Of a DNA stretch of 64,000 bases, positions 1-8,294 are shown one piece after another. The DNA is from Candidatus Latescibacterota bacterium (GTDB taxonomy: Bacteria; Latescibacterota; UBA2968): NCBI GenBank assembly GCA_965222605.1, contig OZ244960.1, forward strand, positions 3,136,001 through 3,200,000. The letters are read 5' to 3'. A program made the position numbers and the translations under genes. How positions within the stretch are numbered: position 1 is the first letter of the stretch; the number at the start of each line of letters is the position of its first letter. Under the pieces are notes generated by a model. That model ran no database searches. It was given only the letters and a program-made list of their open reading frames with translations, and was not told where the DNA came from.

Positions 1-2094
1 TTCTTTTATGCGCTGTTGTGCGGTGAAAGAGGCGAGTCCGAACAGGCCGAGACTGGCGACAAAGATGGCGAGGATCGAGAAGAGGCCAAAGAGTGTGCCT
101 ATCTGTTCTTCTGTGCGATACAGTTTGTCGTAATCGTCGTCGAGAAAGGAATAATCGAATGGCGTATTCGGTACGACCTCGTGCCATTGGGTTTTTAGAA
201 ACTTCAGTGTGCCAGCAATATCGTCCGAGCGTATCCGGAGGGAAAGGTAGTCTGTCCACCCCCCTCCCATCATGATCACAAGCGGTTCAATTTCATGGTG
301 GAGAGACTTATAATGAAAGTCCTTCACAACTCCCACGACATCTCCCTGAACCTCCACTTTCAATCCACCACCTTCTGGATAGACATTTTCAAACTTTTGA
401 TTGGCGCAGGAAGTCCATCCAAAGTGTCGCATAGCGGCTTCATTGAGGATAAATGCGCCATTCCGATCACTTCCAACATCCTCCGAAAAAGCTCTCCCTT
501 CTAAAACTTCAATACCGAATGTCTGGATAAACTCTTGATCTACATGCATCACGTTCAGGAGTGATGCATCTTTGTGTGCAACGTCCAGGGAAGGACGGAA
601 AAGATGGGCGGCAATCTCTCGCCCTGGTACGGTAGAAGACGCCGACACATTTAATACAGCTGCATGCGCTGATACTGTGGGTTTATATCGCTTCGCCAAT
701 TGTCTATCAATCGGTATGACGATTACCTGTTCTTTATTGAAGCCGAGTTTCTTGTTTTTGATGTAATCCGATTGATGGTAAACGACAACTGTTCCAATAA
801 TGAGAATGATCGAAATGACAAACTGAAATACGACGAGGGTTTTTCGGGAACTGGATGTCTTCAACCCCCGCTTCAGCGTGCTTTTTAACACCTCTACTGG
901 CTGAAAAGCTGAGAGAAAAAAGGCAGGGTAAATTCCAGAGAGCATGCCCGCAAACAACGCAACCCCGAGCAGAGCAAACAACACATCCCAACTTCCCGTG
1001 TAATCCAATACCAATTCGCGTTGGATAAAGGCATTGAACGCAGGGAGTGAGACTTCAACGAGAACAACGGCAAACAATAGGGCCAACAAGGCCAGCAATA
1101 TCGATTCGCCTATAAACTGACGGATTAACTGCGCGCGGTTGGCACCAACCACTTTTCGCATGCCCACCTCTTTTGATCGACTCGCTGAGCGAGCCGTTGA
1201 GAGGTTCATAAAATTGATACAGGCGAGCACAAGCACGAAAAAGGCAATGATCAGGAAAAGATAGACATAACGAATATCGCCATTGGGACTTATTTCAAAT
1301 TCCAGGTGGGAATGCAAATAAATATCGGTTAATGGCTGTAGAAAAGGCCTGATCTGGCCCCCTGCTGCCTTGAGTTGTTTCCCTATGTATCTCTCGATAA
1401 AATCAGGTAATTTTGTTTCTAACTCGTCGGCAGCGTGGTTGTCTTGCAAGAGCAGATAGGTATAATAATCGTGGTCAATCCAATCCTTACGCTTGATGGG
1501 CGATGCCAGAAAATTAAACTGTAAATGGGTATTTTGATCAGTATCTTTCAAAACACCGGTAATTTTACACTCTGCCTCGCCCACCGAAAGCATCTGTCCC
1601 ATCGGATCCTGGTCACCGAAATATTTCCGAGCCATCTTTTCTGTCAGGACAATGGAATAGGGTTCCTGGAGTGCCGTTTGAGGGTCTCCTTTGCTCAGTG
1701 GAAAATCGAAGACCCGAAAGACATTTGCATCGGTGAACAAGACGCCTCTTTCATAGAAATGATTCTGCTGGTTTGCTACAAGTGTCCTTTCATCATTTCT
1801 GAAAAACCGAACAGCATCTACGACGGTGGGATAATCTTGAACGAGAGCTGGTCCCATTGGGAATGATGTAATTGCAATTCGACGTGTTTGCCCTGCTATA
1901 TGTGTCTCTTCGGCGAGCCGATAGATTCGGTGCGCGTGTTCATGGTGCTGGTCGTAGCTCAGTTCATCTTGCACATAGAGTAGAATGAGGATACAACAGG
2001 CCATGCCAATTGCAAGACCGAGGATGTTGATCGCAGAGAATGTTTTGTTTCTGGCGATGTTGCGGACTGCAACGGTCAGATAATTTTTGATCAT
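1..2094 (-). CDS. MacB/FtsX-like duplicated ABC permease (3' end runs off the window)
   Basis: Manual minus-strand translation from ATG at 2094 gives MIKNYLTVAVRNIARNKTFSAINILGLAIG... and later LACINFMNLSTARSASRSKEVGMRKVVGA, the motifs shared by the neighbouring permeases. Confidence 0.9.
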   Translation of the reverse strand, partial: MIKNYLTVAVRNIARNKTFSAINILGLAIGMACCILILLYVQDELSYDQHHEHAHRIYRLAEETHIAGQTRRIAITSFPMGPALVQDYPTVVDAVRFFRNDERTLVANQQNHFYERGVLFTDANVFRVFDFPLSKGDPQTALQEPYSIVLTEKMARKYFGDQDPMGQMLSVGEAECKITGVLKDTDQNTHLQFNFLASPIKRKDWIDHDYYTYLLLQDNHAADELETKLPDFIERYIGKQLKAAGGQIRPFLQPLTDIYLHSHLEFEISPNGDIRYVYLFLIIAFFVLVLACINFMNLSTARSASRSKEVGMRKVVGANRAQLIRQFIGESILLALLALLFAVVLVEVSLPAFNAFIQRELVLDYTGSWDVLFALLGVALFAGMLSGIYPAFFLSAFQPVEVLKSTLKRGLKTSSSRKTLVVFQFVISIILIIGTVVVYHQSDYIKNKKLGFNKEQVIVIPIDRQLAKRYKPTVSAHAAVLNVSASSTVPGREIAAHLFRPSLDVAHKDASLLNVMHVDQEFIQTFGIEVLEGRAFSEDVGSDRNGAFILNEAAMRHFGWTSCANQKFENVYPEGGGLKVEVQGDVVGVVKDFHYKSLHHEIEPLVIMMGGGWTDYLSLRIRSDDIAGTLKFLKTQWHEVVPNTPFDYSFLDDDYDKLYRTEEQIGTLFGLFSILAIFVASLGLFGLASFTAQQRIKE

Positions 2095-2108
2095 GATCTT
2101 ATCCCTTT

Positions 2109-4520
2109 TCACTCATCTCGCAACTCTTTCACAGGGTTTGTTCGCACAATGCGTATGGTGTGATATGAAATTGCCGCAAGTGCAAGGGCGATACAACCAA
2201 TCGCTGGTCCCGCGAAGTGCATTGGTTCTAGTGGCATTTGAAAAGGGAAGCGTTGCAAATACTCACGCATTGCAAAAAAGGACAGGGAGCATCCAATGAT
2301 ACACCCAATGGTCGCAAGACGAACCATGGGTAAGGATAGCAAGACAAAGAGAGAGCGTGCGGAAGCTCCCAGAACTTTGCGAACGCCAACTTCTTTTGTG
2401 CGGCGGGATAGCATGTGCATGGCAAGTCCAATCAATCCGACACAGGCGACAACAATCGCCATGGTCGAGGCCGTGTAGCCGATGGATTGATTCATTTTTC
2501 GGTAATCCCGAATAGAATTTACAAGGTCATCCTGCAAAAGACCGAACTGGGGTATAACATCTGGCGCGATTTCGAGCCAGAGTTGCTTTAATAGTGCTTC
2601 GGTTTCCGTTGCCATATCCGGTTGGAGGCGCACCAGAATAGCCCGAATCGCGGTTTCGGGGTCTTTGTGAATGACCAGCGGACCCATGGGGGGCAAAAGA
2701 TTTTGAAAATAAAAATCAGGGATGACACCTACAACCTGGGGGTGCTCAACCTGCCCCACTTGAAATGGAAATGTTTGACCAGGCGGATGCGCCCATTCAA
2801 ATTGCTTTGCGAAGTGTTCGTTGACCAAAACCTCGTTGATCGGTCCGTTTGGATCCAGATTTTTTCCTGAGACCAGATCTATGCCGAGTGTTTTTAGAAA
2901 ATCGCCGCGTACTTTGTAATGCCAGATTATCGTTTCTGAATTGGTCAGCTTTTTTCTGCCTGCTGACCACAATACCGGGATATTATTTACGGCGGCCAAT
3001 CCGACAACACCCGGAAGTTGTTCTGCTTTTTGGCGAAATCGCTCGTAATAAACTTCTGCCTCAGGCCCCGGTACTTTGGGCTGTATGACCATTAAATGGC
3101 GCATATCGAATCCTCTATCCATAGAAGCGACGTAATCAGTTATCTGTACCATAATCGTGGAGGATGCCACCAAAAATACAGCCACAGCAAATTGAACGAC
3201 CAATAGAAATTGGCTCAGGCGTGCTCTTTGTCCGGGAAATGTCTCACTTTTGAGCGCGTTCACAGGCTGAAGCCGCGACAACAGCCAAGACGGGTAGAAG
3301 CCTGCCAGAATTGCCAATAGTACGGGCAACATGAGAATGAACAGGAACCCGGTCATATTTCCCTGAAACTGGGGATTATAGTGAGGAAAGGGAAAGAGGG
3401 ACGCAAAATGGGGGAGCAATAGTTCGTTTGCACTCAATGCCAGTCCCATTGCGATAAAACAAAGGATCAACGACTCGAGAATGGTCTGCCCGATAATATG
3501 GCGGCGTGTTGCACCGAGGGTCTTGCGAATGCCGACTTCAGTGCCACGCGCCATGAGTCGGCCAATGGTCACGATGCCAAAGTTGACGGCTCCCACAATG
3601 AGCACGAGACCCCCCACCAGAGAAAGCAAGACCAGAAAATGTTGGGGCATTTTCCTTACTTGAAGTCCCAACATCTCGAATTTGGGCAATGCAGACAGGG
3701 GTTGAAGATGGACTTGAATGGGAGACGCTTCCTTTGACCATTGTCCCTCGGCGCGATAGTGGTCAATCTGTTTGGCAAAATAAGCGTCTGAAAAGTAGGG
3801 CAATCGGTTCTTTATGTGATCGGGTGTGGCGTTTTCTTTGAGGTGCAAAAAGAGCATGGCCTCAGATTCACCCATCGGATCAGACGCTGCACGTTGAATC
3901 AGGTTTTGATATGGAATTAGCAAATCGAATTGCAAACTCGAATGATGCGAAAGCGTTTCGACTATACCGCTTATGGTAAAATGTTCGCGCACATTGTTTC
4001 TCACCAGCGTCAATGAGGTTCCAACCATGTCGGCGATTGCTCTGTCACGCGATAGTTTTTCAGCGAGTGTTCGAGAGATGAGTATGTTTTGTGGATGTGA
4101 CAGGGTCTCGGGATTTCCGTAAAGCACGGGGAATGAAAAGAGCGACAAAAACGAGGGATCGACATACGCAGCCTGATCTCTTCGGAAATGTTCGTCTCCG
4201 TAGAGATATGTAAGATGGCTTAACCGGTATCGACAAACTGTTGCCAATTCGCTCAATTCATCCGCGAGCAATGGTCCAGCATTGGAGCGAAAAGATGCGT
4301 GTTGCCGCTCCCACTCGTTCTGAGCTATTTCATTGGTGCGGAAGACCCAGAAGATTTGGTCTGCGTTGTCGTGGAACTCATCTCGCGTGCGATAGCGGTC
4401 TTCGATAATGACAAATACCATCAACGCACATGTAATGCCCACTGCCAGGCTCAACACACTCATTATACTGGCAATCCGGTCGCGTTTGAGTCGTCGCCAT
4501 GCGATTTTGAGACTTTTCAT
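2109..4520 (-). CDS. MacB/FtsX-like duplicated ABC permease (803 aa)
   Basis: Two MacB periplasmic + FtsX halves (EVGIRKTLGA, EVGVRKVLGAS); ends NPVKELRDE. Confidence 0.92.
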   Translation of the reverse strand: MKSLKIAWRRLKRDRIASIMSVLSLAVGITCALMVFVIIEDRYRTRDEFHDNADQIFWVFRTNEIAQNEWERQHASFRSNAGPLLADELSELATVCRYRLSHLTYLYGDEHFRRDQAAYVDPSFLSLFSFPVLYGNPETLSHPQNILISRTLAEKLSRDRAIADMVGTSLTLVRNNVREHFTISGIVETLSHHSSLQFDLLIPYQNLIQRAASDPMGESEAMLFLHLKENATPDHIKNRLPYFSDAYFAKQIDHYRAEGQWSKEASPIQVHLQPLSALPKFEMLGLQVRKMPQHFLVLLSLVGGLVLIVGAVNFGIVTIGRLMARGTEVGIRKTLGATRRHIIGQTILESLILCFIAMGLALSANELLLPHFASLFPFPHYNPQFQGNMTGFLFILMLPVLLAILAGFYPSWLLSRLQPVNALKSETFPGQRARLSQFLLVVQFAVAVFLVASSTIMVQITDYVASMDRGFDMRHLMVIQPKVPGPEAEVYYERFRQKAEQLPGVVGLAAVNNIPVLWSAGRKKLTNSETIIWHYKVRGDFLKTLGIDLVSGKNLDPNGPINEVLVNEHFAKQFEWAHPPGQTFPFQVGQVEHPQVVGVIPDFYFQNLLPPMGPLVIHKDPETAIRAILVRLQPDMATETEALLKQLWLEIAPDVIPQFGLLQDDLVNSIRDYRKMNQSIGYTASTMAIVVACVGLIGLAMHMLSRRTKEVGVRKVLGASARSLFVLLSLPMVRLATIGCIIGCSLSFFAMREYLQRFPFQMPLEPMHFAGPAIGCIALALAAISYHTIRIVRTNPVKELRDE

Positions 4521-4642
4521 TTTGTACCTCCATTAGCCAGTCTTGAGTGGTCAGCAGTACTCATGTTGTGCTGCGCGTGCCGCCGGTCCTAATCCCCACA
4601 GGCGAGATGTCCACTTAACACACCAGCCCCCAGTCCCTGTTT

Positions 4643-4924
4643 TTACTCATATCGCAAGGCGTCAATTGGATTGGAACGCGCTGCGCGAATGGCCTGCATG
4701 CTCACGGTTCCAAAGGCGATGATCAGAGCCATTATTGCGCTCGCAACAAATGGCACTACATTCAGGTCTGTCTGATAGGCAAACCCGGAGAGCCAGTTGT
4801 GCATCAGATAGTAGGCGATTGGCCAGGCGATGCCGTTGGCGAGAAGAACGAGCAATAGAAATTCGCGCGAGAGTAGCATGACCAGATGCGATGTAGATGC
4901 GCCCAGTACCTTCCGTACGCCAAT
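4643..4924 (-). pseudogene. 3' remnant (~93 codons) of a permease paralogous to 8295..10724
   Basis: Aligns by eye with 8295..8576 (IGVRKVLGAS...NPIDALRYE); similarity stops abruptly at ~4924. Confidence 0.85.
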
Positions 4925-4952
4925 AGGTAGAGTGAACGTATGGAAATAGTAA

Positions 4953-4967
4953 GCAATTCCTGTGCCA
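4953..4967 (-). promoter_or_regulatory. Sigma-54 (-24/-12) promoter
   Basis: Minus strand TGGCAC-AGGAA-TTGC matches the RpoN consensus TGGCAC-N5-TTGC. Confidence 0.8.
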
Positions 4968-5026
4968 AAAACTTCTTTTCTATGTTTTACAGGTAGTTAT
5001 GAAAATTTGTGTCATGAGCACAGTTC

Positions 5027-5072
5027 AATAAGTGTCCGATTTTGATACAGTGGTGTCCGAAAATGAACACTT
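5027..5072. promoter_or_regulatory. Tandem enhancer (UAS) sites for a sigma-54 activator
   Basis: GTGTCCGATTTTGATAC and GTGTCCGAAAATGAACAC start 21 bp apart; a near-identical copy lies at 17772..17817 at the same distance from a second RpoN promoter. Confidence 0.75.
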
Positions 5073-5077
5073 AATAC

Positions 5078-5113
5078 AAAAAACAGGCACATTGTTTTGA
5101 TTTCAATGTGCCT
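5078..5113 (-). terminator. Intrinsic terminator after the TA genes
   Basis: AGGCACATTG/CAATGTGCCT stem followed by a T-run on the minus strand. Confidence 0.65.
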
Positions 5114-5220
5114 AATAATAGCTAATTTTTTTGATCCAATAAGTTCGCGTTCAAGTATCCAATTGGTCCCAATCTGGTGGGGTAAGGAACATGACTACAC
5201 TGCTGGTATTTTTAGTATGC

Positions 5221-5379
5221 TCAGGTGAGAGGCAAATTGTCTGGCGTGAAAATCTGAAGGCCAGTTACTCTTGTATAGTGTCGGGTGTTGCGGGTGAGCA
5301 GTGGAAGGTCTTGGGAGAGGCAAATACCTGCAATCATTGTGATGATGTCGGTGTCAACAATCAGGTGGGAAGTTGCCAT
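5221..5379 (-). pseudogene. VapC/PIN toxin with a large in-frame internal deletion (52 aa)
   Basis: PIN N-terminus LIVDTDII is joined almost directly to the PIN C-terminus MIAGICLSQDLPLLTRNTRHYTRV; overlaps the upstream antitoxin. Confidence 0.75.
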
Positions 5380-5624
5380 TTTGACCACAGTTGATTTCTT
5401 TGAGTCTCCCAATCGTCCAGATCCGAGGGTTTGAAAGCTTCTCGAAGTTTTTCGAGAGATTCAGTGAGAAGGCTGGATTTTTCGAACGATTGTATTTCAG
5501 GTTCAAAATCGGCTTTGGGTCTGATTTCAATACGATCTCCTGGGTAGAGTCCCAATTCTTGCTCTGCAGTTTGTTTAGAGATGACAAGATCACTACCCAG
5601 GTATTCCAGTTCTACTTTTGGCAT
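5361..5624 (-). CDS. AbrB/MazE/SpoVT-family antitoxin
   Basis: ISKQTAEQELGLYPGDRIEI AbrB-like motif; overlaps a PIN gene. Confidence 0.7.
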   Translation of the reverse strand: MPKVELEYLGSDLVISKQTAEQELGLYPGDRIEIRPKADFEPEIQSFEKSSLLTESLEKLREAFKPSDLDDWETQRNQLWSKWQLPT

Positions 5625-5637
5625 TGCTTTTTCTCCA

Positions 5638-5808
5638 CTAAGAATTGGAGGAGCGTTTGGAGAGATAGAGCAGTTCTACGCCCACCACTTCGTTTGATGC
5701 ATTGTAATCGAGCACTACGCCCGGCGAAACCTCTTCTGACTCGACAATAGTAGAGTCGTCAAGGCGCAGATAGAGCGCGTCGGCTTCCTTATCGACATGT
5801 AGTTTCAT
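5638..5808 (-). CDS. DUF2283-family small protein (putative antitoxin)
   Basis: Manual translation MKLHVDKEADALYLRLDDSTIVESEEVSPGVVLDYNASNEVVGVELLYLS (56 aa) with GGAG RBS. Confidence 0.8.
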   Translation of the reverse strand: MKLHVDKEADALYLRLDDSTIVESEEVSPGVVLDYNASNEVVGVELLYLSKRSSNS

Positions 5809-5916
5809 AATTCGTTATCTCCATAGTGTACTACTTCTCAGATGTCCATTCGAGATCACCGGGTCCGCATTTACAAATATCTGCAATTTAAGCGAAAAAA
5901 CAAGGGTTTATATGGC

Positions 5917-8268
5917 TCATTCATCTCGCAGGGCATCCGCCGGGTTTGCGCGTGCGGCTTTGAGGATCTGGGACGTGACAGTTGTGAGTACGACGAGGAA
6001 CATGGCTATGCTGCCGAGCAAGAAGGCACCCATGCCCAATTCAGTGCGATAGGCGAAGGTTTGTAACCATTGATTGGTCGCGTAATAGGCGATAGGGAAT
6101 GCGATGAGGCTTGATAGGGCGATGTAGAGGACAAATTCTCGTGAGAGCAGGGATAAGATTTGGGTCTGGGATGCGCCCAGGACTTTGCGAATGCCGATTT
6201 CTTTGGTGCGTCTGGTTGTGGCGAGTGCAGCCAGTCCGAATGCGCCGAGTGCGGCGATGAAGATGGCGAATCCGGTGGCGTATTGGATCATGAGATTCCA
6301 GCGTTCTTCTTTTTTGTATTGTTTGTCTAAGTCTTCATCGATGAATGAAAAGTTGAATGCGTGGTTGGGTGTGACTTTTTCCCACTGTTCTTTGATAAAT
6401 GCGATGGTGCCCGGTACATTTTCGGGGCGAATGCGAACCAACAAGCGTCCGGTGTATGTGCTGAGTGGCAGGACAGCGGGCGCAACTTTGTGATGCAGGG
6501 AGCGAAAATGGAAATTTTGAACAACGCCGATGATGGTTCTGTTTTTTGAGCCACTGTATCTGATTGTTTTGCCAACGGGATCTTCTATGCCGAATTTTTG
6601 GACGAGTGCCTCGTTGACAATGACCGCTTCTTTGGCGTCGGTTGGAAATTCTCTGTCGTATTCTCGACCTGCAACGAGTTTTATGTCGAGTGTTTTGAAC
6701 AGGTCGTAGTCAATACTAATACCTTCAACGGGTTGCTCTGGCTCTCCTTGATATGTTACATAGGTTGACAAACTCATGTCGTTGTTTAGAGGATGGTTAA
6801 GCCATGTTGTGCTGATCACGGCATGATGAGACAGCAGGGCATCCCGAAAAACCGTTTCTGTGGTTTTGTTTTCTTTTTTTAAGTCTCTGGTCGAAATGGC
6901 GACAACGTGTTCGGTTTGATATCCCAGGGATTGGGTTCGCAAGAATGTGAGTTGGTTGTTCATCATCAGGGTGGTGATGATGAAGAATATGGATAGGGCA
7001 AACTGAAAAACGATTAATACGTTGCCAAAACGATTGCCTGTTTTCATTTGCAATTTGCTCGCGATGATTTGGGTCGGCTGCAGGCGGGATAGCACAAAGG
7101 CGGGATAACCTCCTGCTGTGAAGCCAACGAGGCTGACAAGGAGAATGAGAAAAGCGAGAGTTGTGGGATTGAGACCGTCGGCCAGGGCAAGGGATTTTCC
7201 AGATAGGTTATTGAATGTTGGCAAGGCGAGTTCTGCGATGGCAATGCCAGCGATGAGTGCGATGAAGATGAGTAAGAGTGATTCTCCGATAAATTGGTTT
7301 GCGATTTGCATGCGCCCTGCGCCGACGACTTTTCGCAAGCCGACTTCTCGTGCCCGCGTTGCCTGCCTGCCGAGGGTCAGGGTGGTGAAGTTGACACAGG
7401 CGATAAATAGGACGAGGATTGCAATGCCCGATAAGATGTATGAGTAAACTGGATTACTGCGACGGCTTACATACATGGTTTGATCAAAGTGTATTTTGGT
7501 GAGTGGTTGAAGTTTGATCTGGTTCTCGCGCTTTTCGTCCCACCAGTTTTTGGTCCATTTGGGAAATTGCTGTTCGAGACTGTTTGGGGATATATTCGGG
7601 GGGAGCATCATGAAAGTAAATATGCTGTAGAAATCCCATCTGTCTTCGATCTTACTTTGTTCAAAGGGTAGTAGTACGTCAAACTGAATTGTGGAGTTTT
7701 TGGGCACGTTTTGCACAACGCTTGTGATGGTGTAATCTTGAATTTCATTTTTGTATTCAATGGGAAGCACTGCTCCGACGGGGTTGGCATTGTTGAAATA
7801 TTTCTGAGCGGTTTTTTCTGTTATGAGTGCGGAATATTTGTCCTGGAGTGCATTCGCAGGGTCGCCTTGAATGATTGAAAAAGAGAAAATGTCGAGAAAA
7901 TTGGGATCGGTAAAACCCAATTTTGTCCGAAAAGCGCGATTTTCTGTTCCAATTTTCCCCGTGCGAGATGTGAAACGAACCGTTTGCATGTCGGGGAATG
8001 CTTCTGTTATTGCGGGTCCGAGAGGGCCAGGTGTTACACCGTGAACGCGCTCGTTTCGCCCCTTTATGTAAACTCGATAGATGCGGTCGGCGTTTTCGTG
8101 AAAGGCGTCGTAGGTCCATTCGTTGTAGGTAAAGAGGAAGGTGAGGATACAAAAGGCGAGGCCAATGGCAATGCCGGTGATGTTGATGACCGAGTAGATG
8201 CGGTGCCTGGCGAGGTTGCGGATTGCCGTTTTCAGGTAGTTACTGAATAATGACATTTCAACGAACAT
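5917..8268 (-). CDS. MacB/FtsX-like duplicated ABC permease (783 aa)
   Basis: Same two-half architecture; close paralog of 10772..13099. Confidence 0.92.
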   Translation of the reverse strand: MFVEMSLFSNYLKTAIRNLARHRIYSVINITGIAIGLAFCILTFLFTYNEWTYDAFHENADRIYRVYIKGRNERVHGVTPGPLGPAITEAFPDMQTVRFTSRTGKIGTENRAFRTKLGFTDPNFLDIFSFSIIQGDPANALQDKYSALITEKTAQKYFNNANPVGAVLPIEYKNEIQDYTITSVVQNVPKNSTIQFDVLLPFEQSKIEDRWDFYSIFTFMMLPPNISPNSLEQQFPKWTKNWWDEKRENQIKLQPLTKIHFDQTMYVSRRSNPVYSYILSGIAILVLFIACVNFTTLTLGRQATRAREVGLRKVVGAGRMQIANQFIGESLLLIFIALIAGIAIAELALPTFNNLSGKSLALADGLNPTTLAFLILLVSLVGFTAGGYPAFVLSRLQPTQIIASKLQMKTGNRFGNVLIVFQFALSIFFIITTLMMNNQLTFLRTQSLGYQTEHVVAISTRDLKKENKTTETVFRDALLSHHAVISTTWLNHPLNNDMSLSTYVTYQGEPEQPVEGISIDYDLFKTLDIKLVAGREYDREFPTDAKEAVIVNEALVQKFGIEDPVGKTIRYSGSKNRTIIGVVQNFHFRSLHHKVAPAVLPLSTYTGRLLVRIRPENVPGTIAFIKEQWEKVTPNHAFNFSFIDEDLDKQYKKEERWNLMIQYATGFAIFIAALGAFGLAALATTRRTKEIGIRKVLGASQTQILSLLSREFVLYIALSSLIAFPIAYYATNQWLQTFAYRTELGMGAFLLGSIAMFLVVLTTVTSQILKAARANPADALRDE

Positions 8269-8294
8269 TGGTTTCTCCTCTGTATAGGAATTGA

